Shown here: one piece after another, positions 51,639 to 64,000 of the stretch
Position numbering within the stretch: the stretch's first letter is position 1
Layout of the letters: each line of letters starts with the position of its first letter
Assembly: GCA_047495785.1 (NCBI GenBank)
Contig: JBLDXI010000007.1
Span: forward strand, 3,038,001 to 3,102,000
Origin: Lepidodermella squamata
Lineage: Eukaryota > Animalia > Gastrotricha
Length of the DNA: 64,000 bases
Direction: 5' to 3'
The notes under the pieces: generated by a model
Told to the model about the DNA's origin: nothing
What the model saw: the letters and a program-made list of their open reading frames with translations, nothing else
Databases searched by the model: none
Translations under genes and position numbers: made by a program

Positions 51639-54118
51639 TCACCTCAGAAAAGCTGCGATGTTTGTCAAAGTCACATGCATTAGAGCATAGCATGATAGAA
51701 CTATGAGCATATACTGGTCAATTATCACCGCTATTAAAATAGCAGATGCAGCAGTAATGAGCAGGATACACGATGCCGCAGCCATGTTCTTGTCCGCCCT
51801 TTTCCGGATATATCTCAGCTATAAAGAATGAAAAATAAAAAATAATAGTTTCAAGGTTAAACAAATGATTAGGCATACCGTTTGAATGTTATAGCACGCA
51901 AAGCCAACTCGAAGAGCAGCTATCGCCACCGCCGAGCAAACGAGGGCAAATAGAACCGTCGAAATCGGATCCGATGTCACTTCGAGCGTGCATTGTTTGT
52001 AAAAAAGTTGAAATACTAACGCATTGTCGGCAATATACGCCTCCAGATGTCGATCAGTGACACCCAAAGGCTGAGTGCCGAAAATTAAGAAAATATTCAA
52101 TACAACAGTTGCCGCGTACACGGCTCCTGCAAATACTTTGAAGTGCCATGAACGATTTCCTATTGCCACCTCCATTTTCAGGAGAATCGCAAGAAAAGAA
52201 GTCAGAAAACCAATCGAAAATAAGGTTGCCGTAGCTTTGCAATAACCCAGAACATTGATACTCAAATCGGGGTAAGGAAGCGTGAAGATGCTGGATAAAA
52301 GCACCAAATTTCCCGCAAAAAGCCCTGAATCAAGACTTATCAGCTTATAGTTCGAATGGCCTTGAATAATCTTCGTCAAAGTGCGATGAGAACTAACAGG
52401 TAACAGTTTCAATTTGATTTTAAGCAATTCCAGCGCTTGGAAAATAATTGCTTTCAAACTGAGAGTTGCTGCTAGGCCAGTCAATACCACATACTGAGCC
52501 ACTGAAAGTTGTGAAACTTGAAATTTGATGTAGCGTTTCGAATCTAAAGGAGCCAGGCCATCTTTTGTTTGCCATTTTAATCGATCCAGGTGTAATATCA
52601 ACTGCCCGTCATCATCAGAGATCCCAGGATGGTATGTTGCTATGATTCTCGGATCCTGAAGAAAAACAGACCCCTTTTCATCGCGTCCAAAGTCAAACTG
52701 ACTGAGAGTGATAGGAACATAGCCCTTCGTGTTCAGCTGTGTCGATCTCTCAAATGAATAATTTCCTTTCATTCCAGACATTTCGATCGAATAAATGTTC
52801 TCTTTAAGGAGGTCCAATAATTCTGAACTTCTTTCCATATTATTGGTTGAACCAATAATCCAGTCAAGCAAGGTTTCGTTACGACTTCGAAGCACATCTT
52901 CGGTCCTGTTCAAAAGAAGCCCGGCAAAAATAACTAGATCGTAATTCGTCAATCGATAATATCCCCAAAAGCCACTTTCACTAGGGTTGGTTATCTTGGA
53001 ATTCATTTCCTTCTCCCAAGCTTCGGCTGTAATTCCACTGATATCTTTATGTTGTTTCCCATTGATGTCGACCAAATTTGTGTCACCAAAGAACACAGCA
53101 CTAGCCATCACCTCATTCACCATGCTTACTGTGCACCACTCCGCTTGTTCCGGGGGAACATACCCGCTTGGGAAGTTGTCCGACCAGTACCAGAACATAG
53201 TAACGTAATTTGCCCCATACATTCCGTAGCGGTGCAACCAACATGCTTTACCTGCAGCTCGGTCTGCGTCCATTAGGAAAATTCGGGCATCGATCTCTTT
53301 CAGCTCGTCGAAAACAGGCATCATTTCTTCATCGAATACAGCAACATGAGATGACTTGCTGAGATGAATAATACTAATATTGTTCTTGTCTAAACGTGGA
53401 AATAGCAGGTTTTGGAGAATGTCGTATAGAAGGAAGCTTTCCGATATTATCGCAACTCTCCGCCATCCCATTTTGACGATAAATTCTACAGCAGCCATGT
53501 GCCCACCTTCGAATCTTTGAGATAGCGGGAAATGGTTTGGAAATCGTTGCCTTTGATAATAAGGCGGAGGAGAAACTATAATGTGATGGAGGGCTAGCCA
53601 GTTGTAATACTTAACGGACTCGGCGATCGTCTGTATTCCGACTGATTCGCAAGCATGGCTGAGAAAGATGGGCAATCGATTCACGCCTTGTTCAATGCGG
53701 CGGAGACGCTTGAACATCTCTTGAATAGACACGTAGTCGAGACACTTCAAATAATAGTTTAAATTTTGGGCAAAGGAGACAATTGGCAAACTACCTGGTC
53801 GTCGAACAGTTCAATTACGAGTTCGTAGTGATCTAAAATATTCGGCATAGATTTCAACCTATCAAGGGCCAGTTCCATCGACTTTGAGGCTATCGAGCCG
53901 ATTGGCATCTCACCAGAATAGCTAATTCCGGCCAGAAGCGTGATTATTGTTTTGTTTTTGCTAGAATAACTCGCAGATGTAGCATACTTGGGCATAGGTT
54001 GTTCGTCTAACGCTACGCCTTGCTTGTAAGCTGTTGTTAGATTGAAGGATATCGAGAATGTTTTTGCCAATTTGCTACCAAGTATAAGCGCCGTGATCGT
54101 CAACAAAGTAGCATGCAT
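51639..54118 (-). CDS. Class C (GABA-B-receptor-like) GPCR, join(54118..53795,53744..51879,51818..51639)
   Basis: Signal peptide MHATLLTITALILG. ANF-receptor/Venus-flytrap motifs ELALD...PNIL.HYEL...FDDQC, MGWRRVAII, DARIF, CWLHRYGMYGANYV. Hydrophobic TM region. The 3' end and a possible extra in-frame intron are uncertain. Confidence 0.8.
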
Positions 54119-54711
54119 ATTTCTATATGCTATTTCTCGATAATAAAACAAGCAGATCGATTGGGTATTTAAATACGCCGTATTAATGTATCCAGCTTTA
54201 GTAGTATAAAAAGACATTTCGTCATTTCCGTGTTGAATTTTGAACTCTGTTCAAGGTATTTTAGCAGAATGTGTTCACGTTTCTTTTTATATACTTACAT
54301 TTAATCGCCTGTTAGCGTGGGGAGGCGCCGCATCGATCTGCGAACATGAAATGAAAGGAAAAAGGAAGTGGAACGATATTATATCGTTCGATGCCGAAAC
54401 ACTTCGTTGTCCGTTGCAACAACTTTTTTCTATCATAGCTGGCACAATGACGCCGAGCAGAGTCTATTGGACGAACATAAAATGTTCCATTATTCGTTAA
54501 TGACTCTTTGGCCTCTTTAGCTGACCATAAGCTCCAAGCGTATCTGTTTCTCGACGAACACGCGAAAACACGAAGAAAACACGACGAACACGAAAATTTC
54601 GATTTATCGCAGCGTCACTCTGAGCTCTGAGCTCTGAGCAATCCCAACAGAGGCTTCTGCAAATGAAAAATCATTCACTGTTCGATCGACTTGCTTCGAG
54701 GATCGAGGTTA

Positions 54712-55034
54712 CAATGGGGGTTATTTTCGAAGCTGTCTTTATGATAAAGTCGACTCTATCGATAAAGTCGGCTTTATCTCCTAAAGTCGACTTTAGCTAA
54801 AGTTAGCTGATCTCAGCTAGTTTATATGATAGACATAGAGCTAGCTTTGTCCACAACGTGATTTTCGAAGATAAAGCCGACTTTATTTATAAAAAGTCGT
54901 ATTTATCCTGTATATAGATATGTACTAGAGCCGATAAAGCCGACCATCCTCGTCTTTATCGCCTTAAACCTTAAAGTCGGCTTTATCGGCATATTTTTGT
55001 CCCCAGACGAATGATTTGAAAATAACCCCCATTG
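54712..55034. mobile_element. MITE with TA target duplication (Tc1/mariner-type)
   Basis: TA|CAATGGGGGTTATTTTC ... GAAAATAACCCCCATTG|TA; internal gataaag(t/c)cg repeats in both orientations. Confidence 0.8.
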
Positions 55035-55627
55035 TATTAAGTGGAATGGCTGCCGAATGAGGCTATTTCACTCTTAATCGGGCTTGAGCCTTACCATAGA
55101 GAGCAGAGGAATTATGGATCAGCTGAAAAATGCAACGTCTGTAATTAACTATTAGGGGTGAGCCCCGGCGGAAAAAAATGGGCGATGATAAAGGATGAAG
55201 TGACTGAGTGAGAGTGTTGAGTATACCAATTTTCGTCGCTCACTTGCGATGAAAATTGAAATATTTCTACCACTGTACTGCTACTGTTTAACTTTAGTCT
55301 TTTTCTTAGTTCAAAGTTCAAACTGGACGAAAAGAGGTAAGGAACCAAAAACTTGATAAACAGGAAGGGAGATCCGGTCGACATCATTGACGTCTCCCTA
55401 ATTATATAGGAGTAGAGTTGGATGGCAGAGTTGGAATGATTGCTTTCACGAAATATTATAAGATTTGATTCAAAGCATGGATATGTCAAGGCTCCAGGAA
55501 AGCGAGACACTTAGAACCTTGGCCGCTTCCGACACGATTGTTGACACTGAGAATCAAATTACCTTGATATTAAGAGCAAAAAAATCTCAGCAACATTATA
55601 CTAATCAGCTTTTTTCTGCAATCAGAG

Positions 55628-58277
55628 ATGTTTTCGATCGCGTTGATAGTTTCAATCATGTTTTTGATATCAAGCTGTCAGAAATTACTGATGGATAGCC
55701 CAATACCGAATCGAATTTACCGGACAAAGTACAATGCAAATGGTTCCCGCCCGGTGATAAGCCTAGTGGCCTCGTGTAATTATTTCGGTACTCCCGGAAT
55801 AAATCACGGTCCAATAACAACAGAAGCTTTGCGTTACGCTTTGGACTCGATATCTAACGTCCCGAATCTCCTTTCGAAATATGAGCTTACAGTGGATCCG
55901 TTCAATGATTACGTGAGTATTTAAAATTGGGCTTCTATCCCTATTTGGGAAGAGGAAATTTTAGCCTTTTTACGCCCAGGACAGGGCAACTCGGCAATGA
56001 CTAGGAAATTCAGTTATTCAGTTTACTCAATTTACAGTGTAGTCGGCCGCCAGCCATTGAAGCGTTTCATTCAAAGATGGCTGGAAATGCAAAGGCCCCA
56101 GACAGATTGCCTCTCCTTATTCAATCAAGTTGCCCAGCTCACTATTACACGGGACTATCCTTGCCGGTCTATAACTTCGTGTCCGTAAGTTCAGACTATT
56201 ATGATTGACTTACATGATAAAATAGTTTATTTCTGCCAAGATAACATATTCAACCGTAATGGATGATGTGGATTTGAGGCGAGATCTGTTTAGAAACCTG
56301 TTCAATATCTCGCCGTCTGTCAGTGAAACATTCGATGCGGTTGGCCAATTCATGCGAATGATGAACTGGCAGAAAATTGCGCAGATTTCAGAAATGCACA
56401 GTATAAATAACCAAATGGAATTAGACGCGTCGCAAATGTTAGAAGCGAGATACGGCGTGAAAACGCTTGGCATCTTCAAAATTCCCTTCGTCTACAACAT
56501 CCCCCCAGAATCTGAAGATGTTCGGTCAACGGTAGAAGAGATGGAAACTGTTGACCCACGAATCATTCTGCTCGGAGCCATTTACCCGTCAAGAGTTGCG
56601 TGTTGGCTACACCGTCTTGGCCTCTACGGCCCTCATTACGTGTTTTTTGTATCTTCAAGGAGCATTTACACGCCGGGCGATCCGGTTCGTTTCAGCTGGT
56701 GTACTACTAGCATGCTTACCGAAGTTTTACGAAGCACTATAGTGCATTACCAAGCTACAACCATGGAGCTTGGACAGTGGACAAAGACTGACTCTCTCGG
56801 AAATTCAGCCCGGGATTTCGACGCAGCGATTGCCTCAAGGGTTGATTTCACCCCTCAGTCATGGGGTTCACGGCGTCACTTCTACGATCCCGCCCTACTC
56901 GCAATTTTCGTTCTCAACGCCACCGAAGCATCTCTCAACAAGAAGAACCAGACTCTGTTAGATTGGACTACTAACAGCGAGAATTTCAAAAGAAATGCAT
57001 CTTTCATTGTTGACGAGTTGAAAGAAGCTCTCTTTACAATCCGTGTTAGAGGTAAGCTGGGCGAATTCAGATTCGAGCGTAATACTACTCGTAACACCGG
57101 CGGAGATGTCGCTTATGGCTTTTTCCAGTATATATCAGAGAATAGCTCGAATTCGTTAACAATGCGACCAGTGGCAGTCTACATGAGCGGGTCAAAGAAA
57201 GTAAGAATGGGTCCTTTTCCTGCCGACTGGCGAACGGCTAGCGGAAATCCACCATTTGATGAGCTAATCGTGGTTGAGCTGAAGAACCCTCTTCTTTCCA
57301 CAGCCAGCTACGTCTCAATCGTTGTTGTGTCAAGCTGTGAGTTGCTTTGCGTGTTCGGAGTTTTATTAATCCTGGTTCTCAAGAGACGATCAGTTTTGAT
57401 CAGGAAATCCCTACCAGCTTTCAATTACGTCATTCTGATTGGTGACATCATGACACTGATCTCCGCCCTTATTCAATCTCCAATTTATAGCGAGGCATTG
57501 GGTCTATATTGCACGATATCAATGAGTTTCCTATTGATAGGCATAGGAGTTATTTTATACGGTATGACAGCTAAGCTCTATTTGGCTTTCAAAATATGGG
57601 CTTCCATCGGAAATGTATCACAGCCGCGGATAAGTTCCAAGATTTCCAGCTTCCGAGTTGGTAGTCTTGCGTCAATGACCACGACAAAAGCTCCAAAAAG
57701 GCAACTGAATCGGAAGCGAATCTCCCGCTCCATTGTTTGGATTGGTTCGATTATTTTAGCATCAGGAATTATGATGCTGTTCATCTGTTTCTACATGCTC
57801 CCAATGCTAGCTACGCGCTACCTCAACCGTATCAATGAATCTGAACTTGGAGCAGAAGTAGAATATCAAGCCATCACCTACAAATGCGAAATAGGAGACT
57901 CCGCTTTGGCGCAGGGAATTTTAGGCAGCTTCGGTGCATTTTACGCGGCTCTCGTCATTCGTGGAGGACTGCTAGCCTTCGCCTTACGTTCAGTGAGTTT
58001 TTTTAATATTAAAATCAGACAAATAACCGTGGCTGATTTTTTCCAGAAATCCTTGAATACCGTTAATGACCTTAAAGGAGTCATTCACAGCTTCTACGGA
58101 ACGATTTTACTTCTATTTTGTGGCGGTGTCATAGCGATTTTGATCTTCAAGGACCAAGAATATCAGCGTATAGCCTTATCGCTAACCATATTTTCGTGCG
58201 TTGCGCTTAACCTTGGATTGATTTTTGCGGGAAAGATTACCGCTCTATTTTCGGAAAATCAAGCACGAATAATCTGA
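55628..58277 (+). CDS. Class C (GABA-B-receptor-like) GPCR, join(55628..55912,56038..56184,56241..57992,58047..58277)
   Basis: Signal peptide. ALD.ISNVPNLL.KYEL..DPFNDYC, MNWQKIAQI, DPRIIL, CWLHRLGLYGPHYVF. GABA-B-like TM motifs IRKSLPAFN and NDLKGV. All joins phase 0. Confidence 0.85.
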
Positions 58278-59039
58278 TGTTCGACCGTCCGCAGGAAAAG
58301 TGGAGCAAAAGCTTTTCGATCTCACGAGTTGTCTTCCTTCTTCTTGCCACGCATGAGACACTCCGCAACTAAAAACATTAGCAAACTGGGGAGATGAATC
58401 ACTATCGAACAAGACAAACCATTCATTATTCTCAGCTTTATTCTTTATTCGTGCGGAAGGTATCATATTTCGCAGACAGGCGTGGATAAGATAAGTAATA
58501 GTATAATTGTTGCCACATTGATTTCCGAGTACGGCTTTGTAGAAAGTGTAATAGTTGAGCTCGTTCGAGACTGAAACTTCCTGATATTGAAAGATGCATC
58601 TTTCTACAAAGCTTTAATAGCCCGCAGATCGAACGCATATTTCTTGATATCTGATTACTTATTTAACCATTTCTTCCTTCGGTTGAACAGTATGACAAAC
58701 TCACAACTGACAATGCAAGGATAAAGGGTGGCTTAGCTCAGCGGTTCCCAAACTTTTTGTCTCGTAGGACACAGTACCTAATGTCCTACGATGAAATTTT
58801 TATCACTGAAATTTGGTTGGGGATGGGTACAATTTTCGGAGCTACAAATTGATTGCTTGGTATCACTTATTTTTGATGACAATCTAGCTCGAAATTGAAG
58901 AAATTTCAGCGTGCAAGCGAAGCGAGGGAATTTTTCGAATTTGACACTGAAAAACGACGTATAACTCCTTAAAAATGAGCCAACGACCCAGAAATTCATT
59001 CAGTGGTTCTCAATTATTAAATTTGTTTTCAGCAATTAA

Positions 59040-59544
59040 CACTTTAACTGCCAAAAATAAACTGCGAGGTCCGATATTTGGGTCTAATTCCTGGGTCTGT
59101 CAAAAAGTCATTTTTTTCGGGTCAACGATGCGTCGAGGGGCAAAATGCCCGACGGCAAAGTGTAGGCCATGACCTGGCGGTTCTTTTGACACCGAATTCG
59201 GGGCCACAAGGTCTGAGCAGGTCATTGAAAATGACAGTGAAATAACGTCGAAAATTTTGGATTAGAGCCAAAAATCAGACCCAAGAATTGGACCTAATTA
59301 TTAGACCCAGATTATGGCGCAACAATCGAAATTTCACTGTTTTTCAAGTTTGATTTCTGTGCGTTCCTTGAAGTCTTTGGCCCCAAATTCGGTGTCAAAA
59401 GAACCGCCAGGTCATGGCCTACACTTTGCCGTCGGGCATTTTGCCCCTCGACGCATCGTTGACCCGAAAAAAATGACTTTTTGACAGACCCAGGAATTAG
59501 ACCCAAATATCGGACCTCGCAGTTTATTTTTGGCATTTAAAGTG
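59040..59544. mobile_element. Young piggyBac-type MITE with ~170-bp TIRs and TTAA TSD
   Basis: TTAA at 59036-59039 and 59545-59548; arms ~59040-59206 and ~59378-59544 are near-perfect reverse complements. Confidence 0.88.
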
Positions 59545-59733
59545 TTAAGCGGCTGGAAAAAACATCGAGGTAAAACGGCTTTTATTCGTAATCCTTATTT
59601 AGAAAACATTTGCGGTTTAATGAACTTAAGTTCTCGCGATCTCATAACTTCTTGGACGGACCCCAGTTAACGGGTTGCTTATCGTGTTGTTAAACAATCC
59701 TGACAGATATATCATAGTTCAAGTCTCAGTTTT

Positions 59734-60241
59734 TTAAGCTCCAATACGAGAGGCCAAAACATAGGCCGCTGATGTAGTAAACGTGGCCAGCAATTGAGCG
59801 GAAGTCATCTGTGACGTTGCCTTGTTACAGTTCGAGCCTTGGCAGCAAAACGTTTCCGCGCAATTGCTATTGGTGTCGCATATCTTGCCTGCATTGCAAA
59901 GCAGGACGCAGTTCTTAGTCGTCGTGGTGAAGGTTGACGAAGCAGGTGTTGATACAACTTTCTAAGGAATATTATATCCAAGTTATCGACTGTAGGCAAA
60001 GATGCGCTTGATTTGACATACCGTGCAGTAGCCATTCATCGTGTAGCTGCATGTGTTGTAATTTAGCGTAGTCGTCCCGTTGGTGTATGATATGCCGGAA
60101 CCCGAGATACAAGTGGTCGTGGTCTGAGCATCTGTTGCCAAATTAATTTCCTATCATGTAATATTCAAGGCTGTTCTTACCTGTGTTAGGGATAGCCAAC
60201 AATCCGATGGCTAAGCTAGACAAAATAAAATATCCAGTCAT
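59734..60241 (-). CDS. Ly6/uPAR three-finger (quiver-like) putatively GPI-anchored protein, join(60241..60181,60131..60022,59961..59734), ~132 aa
   Basis: Spliced translation MTGYFILSSLAIGLLAIPNTDAQTTTTCISG...TCSYTMNGYCTKVV...KNCVLLCNAGKICDTNSNCAETFCCQGSNCNKATSQ...AAYVLASRIGA*. Signal peptide, 10 Cys, CCxxxxCN, hydrophobic tail, canonical GT-AG sites. Confidence 0.85.
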
Positions 60242-61040
60242 TATTAAAACTGTCAACAAATACTGGCAATATAATAGAAATTGCTCGTGCTAATACAATT
60301 TTATAAGAATAATTATACACCCACTTACCTCTCATTCGTTTCGTTAGAGTTTATGAAATTGCCGGCGTAATTTGCTCCACGCATTATTGTCGTGTTTTTT
60401 TATAACAATTGACTGATGAGCACGGCGTTTTATTATGCGTCTTTCTTACTAAAGGTGCTGCAGTTTGAACTTTAATCAAAGACAGTAGAAAAATATGTTT
60501 TCGAGAAACTATCAATGCAACGCACTTGGAGAATGAACTAGACCAATCTTATGGCTTGAGAAATATCAGCCAGATTCAGAATAACTTCTGATTCCACGCG
60601 TTGAGATGAGATTGACGGAAATATTTCCATTTCGATATATCTTCACTTTTATGTTTTAATAATTCATTCAATAGTTTCGCCATGAACATCACTTATGATC
60701 GTTCTTTGAAGGCATTCCCTTATTTTTCAACTTTGATAAAGAGTTGACTTGTTTATTATTTTCGATTTTCAACATCCTGACAAAGGTAGCGCTGATTATT
60801 ATAAAGGTTCTTCAGAAGTCGTAATACTTGCATCACGCGAAAGAAACCAGATGTTACAACCACAAGTATATAAGCGCGAAACTGGAAAGCTTTTTTAACC
60901 TGATACTGTTCGCTATTACCGATAACCAATAATGATACAAAAGACAGTTTTTCACGCGCTTTTGTAATTTTATTGTCTGAGTTTATTCTGTCTGAGAAAA
61001 ATTCAAAAGAACCTGAGAAACAGAACTGGAGGAGTGAAGT

Positions 61041-63017
61041 TTATTCCAGTTTGACGAGAGCCGTTTTGATAATAGAAATTAGTTGGCGAAGGGTTCGCCG
61101 ATCTCCAGAGAGTACATTCAGAATATCTTTGTTCAACTTAAGAAGAACGGCCAAAAAGTTGGCCAGTGCAAGGTCGCGTTCGTAAACACAGCTCAATGCA
61201 TTTTGAGTTTGTCCCTTGACTTGCCGGTCACGGTTCATAGCAGAAAATACTATCGTTAAATGATTGATTGTAATTTTGTTCGCTACATTGGGGAAGATTG
61301 AACAGATCTGTTGAAGAACGCCGAAATCATGCACATCCACAAACATTTCTGCGAAGAAAGGAGCTTGAGTTTTATGGCGGCACAGGTGTCGCAATGCTTT
61401 CATCGCGATTTGCTGGAACATTCTCTCGTTAAAAGTAGCCCGCCATTTCGCGATGACATGCGGTTCAGCGCACCGAAGAACAGCGTACAACAAGCCAGTC
61501 ATTGACCCGTAGCAAGGTCGATTGAAAAGCGTTTTCACAAAAGTTGCACTCCCGTCGCCGTACAACAGCTGAGAGAACCGGGAAGTTCCAGATTCAACAA
61601 AAAGCAAATAAAAGATAGAAACTGAGAATTGTTCCTCATCAAAAGAAAATTCCTGCATCATTGAGGAAAAAACATGTTCCGCGAAATATTTGTTATTCGC
61701 TAACTCGAGACGCGTTTTCATGTCAAGTTTTGAGAGGAACGAAATAAAGAACTTATCAATTTCAGCGACATTCGTCTTATTATAGAAGAGCGCGAAAACC
61801 AGCGGCAATGAGGCATTTTCTGCTACAAAAGCTGCGAAGCTCTTATCGGCGCAAAGGTAGCGAATGCAACTCATCAATAAGGCCATATCTTGCTGATTCG
61901 ATTCGTCATTCGATGATGCAAACAGCGCCACACAAATTGAAAGCAGGTCAAGAGTTTCAATCAGCAAATCACCGGTCGGGAGTTCTCGTTTTGCGGCATG
62001 ATCAAGTAATTGGATACAGCTGGTAACAAAACAGAAGGGTGGTTGCGGTTGCACTATCAAATGAAGCAGCAAATTTTTTACTGCCCAGTTCAGATCGAGG
62101 AAATCTTGGTCAAATAGTTGAAACCCATTCTCAGGTTCAACGGCACAGTATGATAGCATGGCGGAGAACAGGCAAGAGTAAGCCTCTGGAGAATTGATTG
62201 CTGCTCGAAAAGCTTCTCCCGATGTCAGCGAAGCAAGAATTTCACAGATTATCAATTCAAACATGTCGAACCCCATTCTGCCACGGAACGTTGTAAGTTT
62301 GTCATTCCCGGCGTCGAAAGCGAAGCAAAGTGTTCGAATTTGACTCGGTGTGAGCTTATCAAATGAAGAGGTCACCCATAAATCGTTGAGTTGAGAGTTG
62401 GTCAAAGCATCGAACATCTTCAGCGCCTTCTCACGGTAATTTCTATCACCTTTTCTCGGCAACGATAACAAACATTGGCAGAGTTGGTAGGCAAACTCCT
62501 CCCAGTCATTTGTTTCAGACAGGGACAATTCTTCAGCAGTAAATGAAAATAGCCTCTCACAACGAACAAAATCTGCAGCTTCCGAGGACGACATGCTATT
62601 CGCGTAACGACTTCCGGTGTTAATACTTTCTTCCCAGCGACGCAACACCTCAGAATCTTCGAAGAAAAGTCTTGACATGAAGGTGAAATTGTACATAAGA
62701 ACGGAGTCAGACGATTCACAAGCTGCTTCTGCTATTTGCTCGAAGAATTTTTCCGACCAGCCAAACATTGAATCGACGGTTTTCAGGGCCTTCAAAGCGT
62801 CTTCGTAGCGTTTTTGCTGCATTAGAGTTTCACCTAGGCGCATCAAGCTCGATATTTTTCGTTGCCTCGCTTTCAGTTCTTCTCGACTGCCAATCGCTCG
62901 ACTGCGAATTTCGGTCAAGAATTCTTGAACTGACGATTTAAGGTCGACCAGTTTCTGATGGACAGAAGATCCGCCAGGATGGACATCGGTGCCAAAAACG
63001 GTTTGGAAAACAGACAT
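61041..63017 (-). CDS. Intronless 658-aa unknown TPR/helical-repeat protein; paralog of 139-2136
   Basis: Long ORF. TPR-like LGETLMQQKRYEDALKAL. Colinear similarity to the 139-2136 product. Confidence 0.8.
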   Translation of the reverse strand: MSVFQTVFGTDVHPGGSSVHQKLVDLKSSVQEFLTEIRSRAIGSREELKARQRKISSLMRLGETLMQQKRYEDALKALKTVDSMFGWSEKFFEQIAEAACESSDSVLMYNFTFMSRLFFEDSEVLRRWEESINTGSRYANSMSSSEAADFVRCERLFSFTAEELSLSETNDWEEFAYQLCQCLLSLPRKGDRNYREKALKMFDALTNSQLNDLWVTSSFDKLTPSQIRTLCFAFDAGNDKLTTFRGRMGFDMFELIICEILASLTSGEAFRAAINSPEAYSCLFSAMLSYCAVEPENGFQLFDQDFLDLNWAVKNLLLHLIVQPQPPFCFVTSCIQLLDHAAKRELPTGDLLIETLDLLSICVALFASSNDESNQQDMALLMSCIRYLCADKSFAAFVAENASLPLVFALFYNKTNVAEIDKFFISFLSKLDMKTRLELANNKYFAEHVFSSMMQEFSFDEEQFSVSIFYLLFVESGTSRFSQLLYGDGSATFVKTLFNRPCYGSMTGLLYAVLRCAEPHVIAKWRATFNERMFQQIAMKALRHLCRHKTQAPFFAEMFVDVHDFGVLQQICSIFPNVANKITINHLTIVFSAMNRDRQVKGQTQNALSCVYERDLALANFLAVLLKLNKDILNVLSGDRRTLRQLISIIKTALVKLE

Positions 63018-64000
63018 TTTTAAGGCTTTACGAAGTTTTTATCCTATAGAAATATTATAAATTTGACGTAACAAAGCGTCTCATTGCGAGATAATATTTA
63101 TGCCGGTCAGGATTGGGCACTTCAAAAACTTAATATTCACCCTGGAAATTCTGATTGAAGATTGATTGAAGTTGATGGTTTGAAAATGTTAGAAAAATAG
63201 AGGTTGAGGTCGCCATCTGGCGTCCACGGTGTAACACCTTTTCGTCATTCATGGCCTTCGCTTTTCGAGTAGGATTATCGCAACATGTCGCCTTACTGCG
63301 GCTGTGCTCTTTGGAATAGAGCTATTTTCTTCTCAACCGGCTGATAACAATGGCTGCTTGATTATGATGACTCATTGGCAATCTTGTAATTGATGAAAAT
63401 CAATAAAAAATCATTGCACATTTTAGAAATTATAAAGTATGTTTTATAATGCCTAATGGCTTCATGTGGTGCGGTAATTGGATCAGCCCTCAACCGTCCT
63501 GAACCTGGAACAATCTGAGTCGTCCAAAGAGATAGCTGTAAATTCATCACAGCGCAAAAGTTGCTTGAAAATAATGTAGGAACCCGGGATTAACTAGCTC
63601 AATTATCTGCATGAAACGACCGTCAGTGTTTATTCCTGTAGCCGGAGCATTTCAGGCTTCTTTTCTCACAAGACGCTTCACCAAAACATTTGAAATGACC
63701 TCCATTAGATCGATTCCGGATGACGGTAACTCTACAGAAATGCAACAGAGCAAATAATCATTAAATTCTGGTTAAGAGCTCAATTTCCCGATATAAAAAG
63801 CCGAAACAATATAATACAAATAACAGCCAGTGAGAAATTGTTCAATTAATAAGCAATAGTCACGTGGTTCCACTCATTACGTCTGCCAATCAGCCTCTCT
63901 TTTCAACGCAACATTTATTTGATTTCAACGCCTTTTTGAAAAATAAAAATAAATTTTCATCTCTGACCGATTCTGGACGGTTCAATTTCCAAGGATCAAA

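Noticed and set aside
1-64000. Prokaryotic systems (CRISPR array, defence island, prophage)
   Set aside because: Genes have spliceosomal introns and animal domain architectures; no regularly spaced repeat-spacer array is present.

Overview
Eukaryotic (animal) genomic DNA from a compact-genome invertebrate: GT-AG introns are mostly ~50 bp, many acceptors are TTTCAG/TTTTAG, and MITEs are abundant. The organism cannot be named from this window. Left half (1-31.5 kb): a same-strand tandem array of a divergent two-exon gene family. Each gene has an unrecognised ~200-aa N-terminal domain ending in an ankyrin-like half repeat, a conserved phase-1 intron, a second unrecognised domain and a C-terminal SOCS box with an acidic F-x-D/E-L-D-F tail. 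There are 4 apparently intact genes, 1 C-terminal-only ORF and 6 pseudogenes/fragments, partly created by an ~8.5-kb segmental duplication (4082-12736 / 13726-21998). Right half: two tandem copies of an ~2300-aa secreted mosaic protein (CUB x2-LamG x3-MAM-C-type lectin-MAM x4-PAN-EGF-fibrinogen), an MPG/AAG glycosylase with a remodelled base-flipping pocket, two head-to-head GABA-B-like class C GPCRs, and a small Ly6/three-finger gene missed by the ORF track. Two intronless, divergent paralogs of an unknown ~660-aa TPR/helical-repeat protein bracket the window in inverted orientation. The best candidate for an undescribed system is the birth-and-death SOCS-box E3-adaptor array. It shows exon-restricted sequence exchange and possible operon/trans-splicing organisation, and sits beside a duplicated multi-lectin receptor, suggesting an innate-immune locus (inference). 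All splice models were read by eye and checked for frame; no database searches were run.
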